From IMG/VR virus record IMGVR_UViG_2541047802_000008: DNA of 40,539 nt; one strand, written 5' to 3'. The stretch's first letter is position 1; every line of letters starts with the position of its first letter. Made by a program: the position numbers and the translations under genes. The stretch is from a virus (lineage: Duplodnaviria; Heunggongvirae; Uroviricota; Caudoviricetes). The notes under the pieces are model-generated. The model did no database searches. It was not told where the DNA came from and saw nothing but the letters and a program-made list of their open reading frames with translations. Of this stretch, positions 1-8,374 are shown one piece after another.

Positions 1-1251
1 GTGCTTACCGATACAAAATTAAAAAACCTCAAGCCGCAGGACAAACTGTACAAGGTCTCCGATCGTGACGGGCTGTATGTAGCTGTGCTTACGTCAGGCA
101 CGGTCTCGTTTCGCTATGACTACCGTATCAACGGTCGCCGCGAAACACTGGTAATCGGGCAGTATGGGCGTGACGGTATCAGCCTGGCAGAAGCGCGAGA
201 AGAACTGATTGCTGCAAAGAAGCTGCTTAAAGCAGGCCAGTCACCGGCTGCGGCTAAACGTGACGGTATCAAAAAGATTCGTGGTGCCGAGACGTTTGCG
301 GTACATACCGACAGTTATATGAAACACGTCATCCTGGCTGACAGTACCCGCGCAATGAAGCAGGCGGTGATCGACCGTGACATACTTCCTGTTCTTGGTA
401 ACAAAATGATGGCTGAAATTACCACATCGATGGTTCGTGATTTGTGTGACCGGATTGTCGAACGCGGTGGTCGGGCAACAGCAGTACAGGCCAGGGAGAT
501 CATCAGCAGCGTATACCGTCACGCCAATGACCGTGGTCATGGTTTGTTTAATCCTGCGGCTGACATTAAACCTTCGTCTATCGCCATATTTAAACCACGA
601 GAGCGAACACTGACACCAGAAGAAATTGGCCTGTTCTTCCGCACGCTGGATGCCATTGGTGCTATGGGCACTATGAAAATGGCTTTAAAGCTGGTGCTTA
701 TCACTATGGTTCGTAAAGGCGAATTCACCAATGCAACGTGGGATGAAATAGATTTTAAAAAATGGACATGGACAATTCCTTCAGACCGCATGAAGGGAAG
801 CCGGGCGCACGTTATTTACCTGCCTAAACAGGCACAGGATATATTGGTTGGGTTGCAGATGTGCGCTGGTGGAAGTGAATATCTGGTTCCTGGTCGTTAC
901 AATTTCCGGAAGCCATTATCTAATGCCGCGCTGAACTCTCTGATCGACAGAACGGTGAAAATAATAAATGAAGATGGTGAGCATATTCAGGGCTTCACCG
1001 TACACGATATGCGCCGTACAGCCAGTACGTTGTTGCATGAGGCTGGTTATCCTTCAGACTGGATTGAAAAGGCTCTGGCACATGAGCAGAAAGGTGTGCG
1101 CGCCGTATATAACAAAGCGGAATACGCCAGACAGCGCGCCTACATGTTGCAGCAGTGGGCCGATATGATTGATTCATGGATTGACGGGGAGCATACGGAT
1201 CTGATTCCGTTCTCCCCGTCGAAGTTTGAGAAGTGGATGGCGGGGGAATAA
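1..1251 (+). CDS. int: Tyrosine recombinase / integrase, P4-type (N-terminal arm-binding domain plus catalytic domain)
   Basis: 416-aa ORF; N-terminus LTDTKLKNLKP...YKVSDRDGLY typical of P4-family integrases; C-terminal HDMRRTAST...LAH...Y catalytic signature. Codon at position 1 is GTG, so the 5' end may be truncated or GTG-initiated. Confidence 0.88.
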   Translation: MLTDTKLKNLKPQDKLYKVSDRDGLYVAVLTSGTVSFRYDYRINGRRETLVIGQYGRDGISLAEAREELIAAKKLLKAGQSPAAAKRDGIKKIRGAETFAVHTDSYMKHVILADSTRAMKQAVIDRDILPVLGNKMMAEITTSMVRDLCDRIVERGGRATAVQAREIISSVYRHANDRGHGLFNPAADIKPSSIAIFKPRERTLTPEEIGLFFRTLDAIGAMGTMKMALKLVLITMVRKGEFTNATWDEIDFKKWTWTIPSDRMKGSRAHVIYLPKQAQDILVGLQMCAGGSEYLVPGRYNFRKPLSNAALNSLIDRTVKIINEDGEHIQGFTVHDMRRTASTLLHEAGYPSDWIEKALAHEQKGVRAVYNKAEYARQRAYMLQQWADMIDSWIDGEHTDLIPFSPSKFEKWMAGE

Positions 1252-1254
1252 CGT

Positions 1255-1449
1255 TTAATAGTTCTGCTGATTTTCTTCCATCTCTGCTTCTGCTGCCAGT
1301 GATTCAATTTTGTTTTCGAATATTGCTGACAGTGTTGCAAATTCAGCATCAGTGACAGCGGGAATTGGAACAAACCTGATCCCGCTGTGTGCAAGCATGT
1401 TTGCAGTTTCAAGGCATTTTCTTAAATCTGCTGGTGATGCCCTGTTCAT
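1255..1449 (-). CDS. Hypothetical small protein (64 aa)
   Basis: ATG at 1449 with GGGAG 8 nt upstream; its start overlaps the stop of the methyltransferase gene (ATGA-type overlap), suggesting translational coupling. Confidence 0.4.
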   Translation of the reverse strand: MNRASPADLRKCLETANMLAHSGIRFVPIPAVTDAEFATLSAIFENKIESLAAEAEMEENQQNY

Positions 1450-2096
1450 GCAGCACGCTCCCGCCCCTGGATGTCTGTTGGTGACAGCGGAGCATTGCTG
1501 AATGCATTTGTTAATCCGCCAATATCCAACGCGTATCCAGGGTGTAGTTGCACTGCCGGGTCTTCGCACTGATTACCCCAAACATCAAAGCCATGAGACG
1601 TCTGGCGGGCGAACAGTTCAATGCGAGAAACATCGCCTAATAATTGCACAAGTTTTTCACGAACGATATCTGGCTTTCTTGAATGCTCAAGCCGCGGTGC
1701 GGTAAATGACTGAACGATCCCTGCATTAATGCGCGTAGGTAGTTTTCCCTTTACCGCAAACAGGCAATCTTCACTATTGGCGCGAGTCATGTGTCCCATA
1801 CCCATAACCAGTTTATCTGGTTGTCGACTACCACATTTTATCCACGTGAAGCCCTTCATCGTCATCAGACGGAATCCCCAGGCTTCAACAACTTTTAGTG
1901 CTTCGAGTGGTTGTGTTGGCACCCACCACATGGCCAACAGACAGTTTTCATCGGCCAAATCCCACACAGGAAGGCGGCAGATATCCAGCACACTCATAAC
2001 CGGATATTTAAAACCGGCACCGCGATTACCATCTGCGGCTTTGTCCCGGTATACCCAGGGTGGATCTGCATAGATTAGTGTGTATTTCTTAGTCAT
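1446..2096 (-). CDS. MT-A70 family N6-adenine DNA methyltransferase (Dam-like orphan methylase)
   Basis: Translation contains TLIYADPPWVY (DPPW catalytic motif) near the N-terminus. ATG at 2096 preceded by GGGGTGG; a GTG at 2108 is an alternative start. Confidence 0.8.
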   Translation of the reverse strand: MTKKYTLIYADPPWVYRDKAADGNRGAGFKYPVMSVLDICRLPVWDLADENCLLAMWWVPTQPLEALKVVEAWGFRLMTMKGFTWIKCGSRQPDKLVMGMGHMTRANSEDCLFAVKGKLPTRINAGIVQSFTAPRLEHSRKPDIVREKLVQLLGDVSRIELFARQTSHGFDVWGNQCEDPAVQLHPGYALDIGGLTNAFSNAPLSPTDIQGRERAA

Positions 2097-2340
2097 AAAC
2101 CACCCCACAACATCCTATGCCGCTATAGTCGCCACGGCGAAGGCCGTTACCTTTTGTGATACATTGGTCCCTGCGAACCGCGATCCTTGCACGTTCAACA
2201 TCACCAGAAGCAACATCCATACACTGAAGCCAAAGGTGAGCGGCAATGCGGAATTGCCCTTTTTTCTCTCTTTCAATCGCGCGTTTTTCGATCTCTATCG
2301 CCGCAGGAGTAACGGCGACAATCTTTGACGGACTGCGCAT
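2089..2340 (-). CDS. Hypothetical protein (83 aa)
   Basis: ORF in the leftward early operon; ATG at 2340 with AAGG 8 nt upstream; 3' end overlaps the methyltransferase start. No recognisable motif. Confidence 0.3.
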   Translation of the reverse strand: MRSPSKIVAVTPAAIEIEKRAIEREKKGQFRIAAHLWLQCMDVASGDVERARIAVRRDQCITKGNGLRRGDYSGIGCCGVVYD

Positions 2341-2497
2341 TGAAACCTTATTCATGTGATATTTTTCAAGTCGGCTTAACTTTCTCACTTAATCCAACCC
2401 TCTCTGAAAATTAATGCCAGCAGATAAAGCCATGCTGAAACAGAGGCCAGGAATAAGTACCATCCTGACCATTTGCTCCAGTGCCTTAGCAGCGCAC

Positions 2498-2746
2498 TCA
2501 TGCAGCGTTGCTCACGGGACGATATACACGTTGCTGAACAGGAGGCTTTTTACCCTGGAACTCTGCCGGGCTTGCTGCCTGACGTTCATCAAGCCAACGC
2601 TCAACTTCATCACGGTTCCATGCGCAGCGTTTATCGGTGATATACCAGCGTTTAGGAAATTCCCCTGCGCGCTCCATACGGTCGATAGTGCTCCATGACA
2701 GTGGCACCACCGCCAGGAGTTCTTTCTTACCTAATGCACCTTTCAT
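2498..2746 (-). CDS. AlpA-family phage regulatory protein / putative excisionase (HTH)
   Basis: Translation LSWSTIDRMERAGEFPKRWYITDKRCAWNRDEVERWL matches the AlpA/Xis-type HTH pattern; AGAGG SD 6 nt before ATG at 2746. Confidence 0.7.
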   Translation of the reverse strand: MKGALGKKELLAVVPLSWSTIDRMERAGEFPKRWYITDKRCAWNRDEVERWLDERQAASPAEFQGKKPPVQQRVYRPVSNAA

Positions 2747-2795
2747 GAATACCTCTCTTGGTTGCAGTGCGGCGCACGTGGCGCCGCGGTGGTGG

Positions 2796-3818
2796 TTACT
2801 CGAATTCTGGACGCATATCGTTAAGCGTCATCATGAATTTTTGGTGATATTCATCACCGAGCTTTTCAGCCATGGTGTTAATTTCATTTTCAGCGCGCTT
2901 GAACATCGTTTTTGCATCTTCAGCAGATGGATCCAGGCTATTAAGTATCGCGATGATATATTCTCGAGCTTCTTCTCGTTCTGAATCTGAAATTGGCGAC
3001 AGGTGTTGACGCTCATCGTCAACTACGGAATATTCACCAGTGATAACAGCTGCGTTATCTTGGCTAAGTCCAGCTTCAGCGCGCTCATCCATAACAACAG
3101 CCTTCTGCATTTCAATAGAAACAGGAAGATATTTGAACAGTCGGCGAATTACTGTTTTTTTAGCCATCTCATCGAAGTGATCAACCCATGGGCCACTGCT
3201 ACCGGCTTTGCTCAGTGCACGAACTTTCTCAACGTCTGCCCGGCTCATAACTTCAAATTGGACTCCGCCATCTTTCAGTCGTGCAACGGCGTAAACGTGC
3301 GTTAATTCTCCGCGGTCACCTGTTTCGCAAGGTAAATGCTCGAGCGTTTCTTCCAGGCCGTATGAGTAGCTGAATTTGTCGTTTGTATGTACGGTACGAG
3401 CCGAGATACTCAGGATCTGCCCAGAGCGGCGGGCAAGGTCAATCATTCCGCGATAGCCGATAATCAGCTGTGCTTCTGTAGATACGGTTTCCCATCTTCC
3501 ATTTACTTTCTGGCGTTTGTCGAACGGTATCAGGTAAGCGTGTCCAAGAGCTCCGCCTGGTTCAAGACCCAATTGGGCACATTGCATAATTGCCCCCAGG
3601 AAGCTGGCTTGGTCGCATGATGCAAGTTTTGGAACCTTTCTGATCTCTGTGGTTGCTATGCGCGCCAGACGGTCTGCTGTCATGTGCTTTGGAAGTGCCA
3701 AAGCCATCTGAGCTTTAATTTTTGGGTCTGCCAGAAGTCCGGCCAGAGTTGTTGGTTTCTCATTATGATGTGCAACTTGGTTACCGGTAGCCGCTGCCTT
3801 AAGTGCATTGATAGACAT
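2796..3818 (-). CDS. recT: RecT-family single-strand annealing recombinase
   Basis: 340-aa translation shares long conserved blocks with Rac RecT (IATTEIRKVP, GLEPG.ALGHAYL.PF, LIIGYRGMIDLARRSGQI, THVYAVARLKDGG.QFEVM, GPWV.H..EMAKKT.IRRLFKYLPVSIE). Confidence 0.92.
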   Translation of the reverse strand: MSINALKAAATGNQVAHHNEKPTTLAGLLADPKIKAQMALALPKHMTADRLARIATTEIRKVPKLASCDQASFLGAIMQCAQLGLEPGGALGHAYLIPFDKRQKVNGRWETVSTEAQLIIGYRGMIDLARRSGQILSISARTVHTNDKFSYSYGLEETLEHLPCETGDRGELTHVYAVARLKDGGVQFEVMSRADVEKVRALSKAGSSGPWVDHFDEMAKKTVIRRLFKYLPVSIEMQKAVVMDERAEAGLSQDNAAVITGEYSVVDDERQHLSPISDSEREEAREYIIAILNSLDPSAEDAKTMFKRAENEINTMAEKLGDEYHQKFMMTLNDMRPEFE

Positions 3819-3827
3819 TTTTTCTCC

Positions 3828-4727
3828 TTACTTCATTCTGAAGACGCGTTGTGTCGTTGTTGTTTTGAATTTTTCGAATAACTCAGGGTGTACTGACTGG
3901 AATAGCTTCTGGTCGAATCTGTTGCTGATCTGAGATTTCCATGTGCAGAGCGGCTTTCCGTCCAGGGTCAGGACTGAGTGCTCTTGCATGTACATCTTCA
4001 GCTTCTCTTCTGATATAGCTATTTCTTCTTCCAGTGATTTTCTGCGTGATTTCATGTCTCGTAGATCGTTGAATAGTGCGAGTGCCTTTCCGTCAGCCTC
4101 GATACTTGTCCCGGCATCTTTCTCAAACATCAGCGATACATCGCTTACGCTGGTAGCTTCCGGCGGGTTAAGATTTTTCACTCGGTCCCAGAAAGCGATT
4201 TCTTTTTCTAAGATCGCCTGGATAGTTTCTTCATCACGCTCAACCCGATAGATTCGGAAGTCGTCGCCACCGATAAGCACACCGAAAACGCATACCTGTT
4301 TGTTTGTAACCATCAACCCGTGCATGGCCTGGGCCGTGTAATGCACAGGAATTGCATCTGTCTGGATTTCTCCCCATTCTTTGGCTTTGAACGGACTAAC
4401 TGTTTTGATCTCAATGTTCTCGCCTGACGCTGCTTCTGCATCGATCTCAGCTGCAATAAAATCGTAATCACGGTGGATATAGCGGTTTCCGCGATGAACG
4501 ATTTCCATCCCTGTTTCCTCAGAAAGCAGGTCTATTACGTATGGCTCCATACGCTGGCCACGCGTGAAAACTTTCTGCTTGCTTGGGTCTACTGGTTTGA
4601 CACGTGGCTGGACCTTATCCAGATAAACCTCAAGCGGGGTGCGCCATGGGCTAATTCCAAGAATCCCTGCAACATCGCTTCCTCCGATGTATTTTGTTCT
4701 ATCCATGATTCCAGCGTTCCGCATCAT
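3828..4727 (-). CDS. YqaJ-like viral recombinase exonuclease (PD-(D/E)XK), partner of RecT
   Basis: 299-aa ORF immediately upstream of recT in the same operon; N-terminal GGSDVAGILGISPWRTPLEVYL motif typical of YqaJ/lambda-exonuclease-like proteins. Confidence 0.82.
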   Translation of the reverse strand: MMRNAGIMDRTKYIGGSDVAGILGISPWRTPLEVYLDKVQPRVKPVDPSKQKVFTRGQRMEPYVIDLLSEETGMEIVHRGNRYIHRDYDFIAAEIDAEAASGENIEIKTVSPFKAKEWGEIQTDAIPVHYTAQAMHGLMVTNKQVCVFGVLIGGDDFRIYRVERDEETIQAILEKEIAFWDRVKNLNPPEATSVSDVSLMFEKDAGTSIEADGKALALFNDLRDMKSRRKSLEEEIAISEEKLKMYMQEHSVLTLDGKPLCTWKSQISNRFDQKLFQSVHPELFEKFKTTTTQRVFRMK

Positions 4728-5023
4728 GCCGCGTCCCTCTGCCCATCAAGCTGATCCGCCAGATCCCAGCGCGCTATAATTGCCATTGCCTCGCGCCGGT
4801 AGGCATCCATCAGTTCTTCGAACTCAGGGCTGTCTTTAGCAGCCTCCAGCACTTCCTGACGAACGCCTTTGCCTGTTACAACGTCGAAAGTTGAGGACAG
4901 TTGATGAAGTCGGATGCTCTCAATCAGTTCAACTTGTCGGTCATATAGCTGTTCTGACAGGCGGTAGTCCTTGTCGAATGCCAGCATGATTTTTTGAAGA
5001 TTTTTCTGCTGATTAACGTTCAT
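4724..5023 (-). CDS. Hypothetical early protein (99 aa)
   Basis: ATG at 5023 (MNVNQQ...) with GGGAGGG SD 8 nt upstream; 3' end overlaps the exonuclease start. A possible 33-aa ORF (5026..5127) lies just upstream but has no SD. Confidence 0.5.
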   Translation of the reverse strand: MNVNQQKNLQKIMLAFDKDYRLSEQLYDRQVELIESIRLHQLSSTFDVVTGKGVRQEVLEAAKDSPEFEELMDAYRREAMAIIARWDLADQLDGQRDAA

Positions 5024-5196
5024 TATCAGCCCTCCCATATCTCGTTATCGTTGGCTACATCGCGAGCTTCTTTGCTGACGAAAGCCCACTTAATGCCTTC
5101 CTGTAAGGTGCGGAACTTCCAGCTCATGAATCCGCATGCAGTAACGCAGTACCAACCGTTGATGATTTTCACTGCATAACTTGTTACCTCGGTCTG

Positions 5197-5211
5197 TTAC
5201 CGTTGGGGTAA
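5197..5211. promoter_or_regulatory. Operator-like palindrome TTACC-GTTGG-GGTAA (OL region)
   Basis: Perfect TTACC-N5-GGTAA dyad between the repressor gene terminator and the leftward recombination operon. Confidence 0.6.
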
Positions 5212-5258
5212 TAATTATGCTTATTTGGTTTGGTGTCAATAGATATGAGTTAAAAAAA

Positions 5259-5273
5259 TTACCCGTAAGGTAA
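5259..5273. promoter_or_regulatory. Operator-like palindrome TTACC-CGTAA-GGTAA (OL region)
   Basis: Second perfect dyad 62 bp from the first, same intergenic region. Confidence 0.6.
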
Positions 5274-5284
5274 TCTATCTGGCA

Positions 5285-5309
5285 ATAAAAAAGCCGCCAT
5301 GAGGCGGCT
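5285..5309 (-). terminator. Rho-independent terminator downstream of the repressor gene
   Basis: Plus-strand AAAAAAGCCGCCATGAGGCGGCT; on the minus strand the GC hairpin (AGCCGCC/GGCGGCT) is followed by a U-run, immediately 3' of the repressor stop. Confidence 0.6.
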
Positions 5310-5330
5310 TACTTACTGAAAACTATAGTT

Positions 5331-5915
5331 TTATTGTTTGCTTTTTTCGTTCTGGTTGATGACAAATTCAATGTAACTTTCGATCTTTGCTTTCTCGGTT
5401 TCGGGTAACAATGCGTAGCGTGAGCGGTCATAGTTGATAGTCGCAGGGTCGTGCGGGTGAATCAGTAGTTCATATCCGTGACGCCCGAATGCGGATGCAA
5501 CATTCTCCAGGGTGGAAATGGAAACGCTGACCTCATTGTTTAACAGGCGGCTGATTGTCACCTGGGCGACGCCGGATGCGCGGTGAAGTTTTCCCTGTGT
5601 TGAAAGGTCGCGGCTTTCGCTCATCCAGCGTTCCAGGTTGTGAGCCGCCAGCTGACCAATGTCGCTTGGGCCGACAGGCTGAAAACCTTCCTGAGAAAGC
5701 GAGCGATCGATATCAAGCCAGTTACGGGGTTTATTGGCGGCAGCTTCAATTTTTCGCGCAACCTGGTCGCCGATAACCTTCTTGCCAAGAGCCCAGCGGT
5801 TTACCAGATTTGCCTGAGTTCCAAGTTTTTCTGCCATCCGCGTCTGAACACCATTGAATTCACGGTCGATCAAGTCGTTGAGATTTTGCCTGCGGACGTC
5901 CTGGATACTTTTCAT
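5331..5915 (-). CDS. Prophage repressor candidate: tandem HTH (two XRE/lambda-repressor-like DNA-binding domains), no peptidase S24 autocleavage domain
   Basis: 194 aa; N-terminal RRQNLNDLIDREFNGVQTRMAEKLGTQANLVNRW and a second HTH-like segment SGVAQVTISRLLNNEVSVSISTLENVASAFG; no LexA-like Ser/Lys cleavage module. Divergent from a Cro-like gene, flanked on both sides by operator-like dyads. No SD in the last 12 nt before the ATG (the nearest GAGG is about 15 nt upstream, too far). Confidence 0.7.
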   Translation of the reverse strand: MKSIQDVRRQNLNDLIDREFNGVQTRMAEKLGTQANLVNRWALGKKVIGDQVARKIEAAANKPRNWLDIDRSLSQEGFQPVGPSDIGQLAAHNLERWMSESRDLSTQGKLHRASGVAQVTISRLLNNEVSVSISTLENVASAFGRHGYELLIHPHDPATINYDRSRYALLPETEKAKIESYIEFVINQNEKSKQ

Positions 5916-5970
5916 TTTCTGGAAAATCGCCTCATATATGAATCAGTAGATGATTCAATTTAAAGCAATA

Positions 5971-6033
5971 TTACCCATCAGGTAAATGCACCTCATAGGT
6001 AACTATCCTTGATTTTTGTTACCTTATGGGTGA
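5971..6033. promoter_or_regulatory. Immunity-region operator cluster (OR-like): three TTACC-N5-GGTAA-type dyads overlapping divergent promoters
   Basis: Sites at 5971..5985 (perfect), 5988..6002 (GCACC-TCATA-GGTAA) and 6019..6033 (TTACC-TTATG-GGTGA). A candidate rightward promoter TTGTTA-N17-TATTAT overlaps the third site. Confidence 0.6.
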
Positions 6034-6069
6034 ATATTTATTATCTGAAATAAATATCAGGCAATAGCT

Positions 6070-6300
6070 ATGAGCGATAACGGACATTTCGATTTCAAAA
6101 AGCACTGGCTTGCACTTACTCCGGATGAGCGTGAAGCCTTCGCACAGGAAGCCGGAACGACGAGTCACTATATCCAGACTCACTTAACAGGTAAGCGAAA
6201 AATGCCAGGTAAAGTATTGATGAATGGGCTTTTTAAAGCCTGTAAAACAAGACAATGGCTGCGCTCAAAAGCAGAACTGGCATACTTCTTCTACTCATGA
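6070..6300 (+). CDS. Cro-like HTH regulator (76 aa)
   Basis: Divergent from the repressor gene; HTH-like segment FAQEAGTTSHYIQTHLTGKR; in the cro position of a lambdoid layout. Confidence 0.55.
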   Translation: MSDNGHFDFKKHWLALTPDEREAFAQEAGTTSHYIQTHLTGKRKMPGKVLMNGLFKACKTRQWLRSKAELAYFFYS

Positions 6301-6322
6301 TATCCAGCTACAACCCTCTGTA

Positions 6323-6345
6323 GACCGCCACCCGGCGGTCTTTTC
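6323..6345 (+). terminator. Rho-independent terminator (tR1-like) after the Cro-like gene
   Basis: GACCGCC-ACCC-GGCGGTC hairpin followed by TTTTCAT. Confidence 0.6.
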
Positions 6346-6355
6346 ATATCTATTC

Positions 6356-6370
6356 GTACCTCAAAGGTAA
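6356..6370. promoter_or_regulatory. Operator-like dyad GTACC-TCAAA-GGTAA (one mismatch)
   Basis: Lies just after the tR1-like terminator and upstream of the 6451 gene. Confidence 0.45.
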
Positions 6371-6450
6371 TAAAAAACCAAATCTGGTTGATCTTTTTTT
6401 TGTGTCAGCACAAAATAACCGTAATCCCAATACTAATAACAGGGCTTACC

Positions 6451-6651
6451 ATGGAAATCATTACACGTATTGATGCCGCAAAGCGCGGACTTAAACGCTA
6501 CTACACCGGAAAACCATGTAAGCATGGACATGACAGTGAACGCTGGGTTTACAACGGACACTGTGTTGAGTGCACCATGGAATCAAACCGTCGCATCAGG
6601 GCAGAGATTAAGCAGATCATGATTAATTCCTCCCCACAACACTCAAGCTGA
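6451..6651 (+). CDS. Small Cys/His-rich hypothetical protein (66 aa) in the cII position
   Basis: ATG at 6451; translation MEIITRIDAAKRGLKRYYTGKPCKHGHDSERWVYNGHCVECT has a C-x-H...C-x2-C pattern. The longer ORF-track start at 6388 would run through the terminator and operator, so the later start is preferred. Confidence 0.4.
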   Translation: MEIITRIDAAKRGLKRYYTGKPCKHGHDSERWVYNGHCVECTMESNRRIRAEIKQIMINSSPQHSS

Positions 6652-6666
6652 TAGCGGAGATTAATC

Positions 6667-7500
6667 ATGAGCAGACATGCAACAGATTGGGCCTGGGAGA
6701 CAGATCCAGGTAGCTCATCATTAAAGCTCATACTGCTCTCGATGGCTGACAGAGCCGATGAATATAACCTCTGCTACCCCAGCATAGAACGCCTCGTTAA
6801 AGACACTTGCCTGAATAAAAAAACCGTGCAGGCCGGGCTTATATCGCTCATGAAAATGGGGCTTATTTCAGATACCGGAGAGAGAAAGGGAGCGACAAAA
6901 AGAGTGCGGGTTTTCTCTCTTAATATAACCAAAAACGGGAACATTAAAGGCAACCGGGAGGGGGGCAATGAACCCGAAAACGGTAATGTTACCGAAAACG
7001 GGAATATACCCAAAAACGGGATGTTGAATGATCCCAAAAACGGGATGTTGAATGATCCCAAAAACGGGATCCAGAACCAGTCATATAACCAGTCATTTAA
7101 CCAAGAGAGGGAGAGCAGGACAAAAACCGGGGATTCTGTTCCTCATGACCCCGGCGCAAACAACGCCGTGATGAATAACTTTGTTCCTCCTGGTGGGCCA
7201 GGGCAATTAGGTAAATTTGTCATGCATGAACAATGGCAGCCATCAGATGACTTTCTTCGGAAAAGCTCATTGCAGGGAATCTACCTGGACAGTCTGCCAA
7301 CGGCACAGGAACTTGCAGAGTTCAGAATTTACTGGATGGCTGAGGGTAAGGCATACCATCAGGCACAGTGGGAGCAGAAGCTGGCAAGGCGCATCCAGTT
7401 CTGTAGACAGAAATCAGGTGAAGTCAGAAAGAGCCTTGACTGGCATAACACTGACTGGATAGATGAGGTGTGGGATGAAATCAACTCCAGAACTTCTTAA
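6667..7500 (+). CDS. Replication initiator (lambda O-like organiser: N-terminal HTH, internal repeat linker)
   Basis: GGAG SD before ATG 6667; N-terminal HTH-like region; internal repeated peptide (PKNGMLND x2 plus ENGN/KNGN variants) encoded by DNA iterons; immediately precedes a lambda P homologue. Confidence 0.72.
   Translation: MSRHATDWAWETDPGSSSLKLILLSMADRADEYNLCYPSIERLVKDTCLNKKTVQAGLISLMKMGLISDTGERKGATKRVRVFSLNITKNGNIKGNREGGNEPENGNVTENGNIPKNGMLNDPKNGMLNDPKNGIQNQSYNQSFNQERESRTKTGDSVPHDPGANNAVMNNFVPPGGPGQLGKFVMHEQWQPSDDFLRKSSLQGIYLDSLPTAQELAEFRIYWMAEGKAYHQAQWEQKLARRIQFCRQKSGEVRKSLDWHNTDWIDEVWDEINSRTS
6929..7072 (+). repeat. Iteron array (candidate origin of replication) inside the initiator gene
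   Basis: Six direct repeats of CC(A/C/G)(A/G)AAAACGG(G/T)A starting at 6929, 6973, 6991, 7009, 7033 and 7057, including two identical 24-bp units CCCAAAAACGGGATGTTGAATGAT; followed by a CCAGTCAT(A/T)TAACCA duplication. Confidence 0.6.
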
Positions 7501-8257
7501 TGAGTACGATCGCTTTCGTGGTGGGCATGACCACTCGACGGCGGTTGCTTCTGCTGACGATGAAAGGGCAAAGAAGGAGCAGGTTGCAAGAATTTTCAAC
7601 GAAATGTTTGTCCAGTTACAGGCTGCATTTCCAGGCAGCATCGCTGCTATCAGCGAGCAAGGAAAGCTAAACGAATTTCGAAAACAATGGATGCTTGCGT
7701 TTCTGGAGAATGGGATCACAACAATGGAACAGGTTAACGCTGGTATGCGCCACGCCCGCGCCAGTGAATCTCCGTTCTGGCCGTCGCCTGGGCAATTCAT
7801 CAAGTGGTGCAAAGACAGCAAGATGGTTCTTGGCGTCACCATTGACGATGTGATGGCGGAGTTTCACCGGTACAGCAAGGAAAAAAGTTTATATCCTGGT
7901 GGTCCCGAAAGATTCCCGTGGCGACATCCGGTTATGTACTGGGTCGTATGTGATACCCGCCGTGCAATGTATCAGCGCCAGCTTAGCGAGATTGAGGTTG
8001 AGAAACACGCGCGCAGGCTGCTCGATGATTGGGCGAAAAAGGTGGCTTCCGGACAGCAGATACCCGATCCGGTGATCAGCATACAGGCAAAGCCAGAACC
8101 CATGAGTACACCTCCGGACACAGGGAGAGACGTTTACCATCCACCAGGGCGAAGTTTCGGGTGCATGCCTAACGCCGCCACCCTTGGGGGAATAACACCG
8201 GCGCAGTGGCTGATGGAGGAATACAGGCGGGGAAAGTCGGCAGGATTTATCAAGTAA
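7475..8257 (+). CDS. Replication protein P homologue (lambda P-like DnaB helicase loader)
   Basis: Translation WMLAFLENGITTMEQVNAGMRHARASESPFWPSPGQFIKWC is nearly identical in pattern to lambda P (WVLAFRENGITTMEQVNAGMRVARRQNRPFLPSPGQFVAWC). GAGGTG SD before ATG 7475; overlaps the end of the O-like gene. Confidence 0.88.
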   Translation: MKSTPELLNEYDRFRGGHDHSTAVASADDERAKKEQVARIFNEMFVQLQAAFPGSIAAISEQGKLNEFRKQWMLAFLENGITTMEQVNAGMRHARASESPFWPSPGQFIKWCKDSKMVLGVTIDDVMAEFHRYSKEKSLYPGGPERFPWRHPVMYWVVCDTRRAMYQRQLSEIEVEKHARRLLDDWAKKVASGQQIPDPVISIQAKPEPMSTPPDTGRDVYHPPGRSFGCMPNAATLGGITPAQWLMEEYRRGKSAGFIK

Positions 8258-8263
8258 TACCAG

Positions 8264-8288
8264 CGCGATAGCGCATTTTTTTACGTCT
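8264..8288 (+). terminator. Weak intrinsic terminator candidate (tR2-like) after the P gene
   Basis: Short GCGC-GATA-GCGC stem followed by a 7-T run; the stem is only 4-5 bp. Confidence 0.3.
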
Positions 8289-8294
8289 CGATAA

Positions 8295-8309
8295 TTACCT
8301 GCTGGGTAA
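8295..8309. promoter_or_regulatory. Operator-like dyad TTACC-TGCTG-GGTAA
   Basis: Perfect dyad between the P gene and the nin-like genes. Confidence 0.55.
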
Positions 8310-8356
8310 TAAAATATTCTAAAATCTATTGATTTAGTGTCTTATGTGGTTTTTAA

Positions 8357-8371
8357 TTACCTCAGGGGTAA
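8357..8371. promoter_or_regulatory. Operator-like dyad TTACC-TCAGG-GGTAA overlapping the RBS of the 8375 gene
   Basis: Perfect dyad ending 4 nt before ATG 8375. Confidence 0.55.
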
Positions 8372-8374
8372 ATC

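Noticed and set aside
5026-5127. 33-aa minus-strand ORF at the head of the leftward operon as an N-like antiterminator
   Set aside because: No SD, very short, no Arg-rich RNA-binding motif; kept only as a remote possibility.
6929-7072. CRISPR array interpretation of the direct repeats
   Set aside because: Repeats are 12-24 bp, in-frame within the O-like gene and lack CRISPR-length spacers; they are replication iterons.
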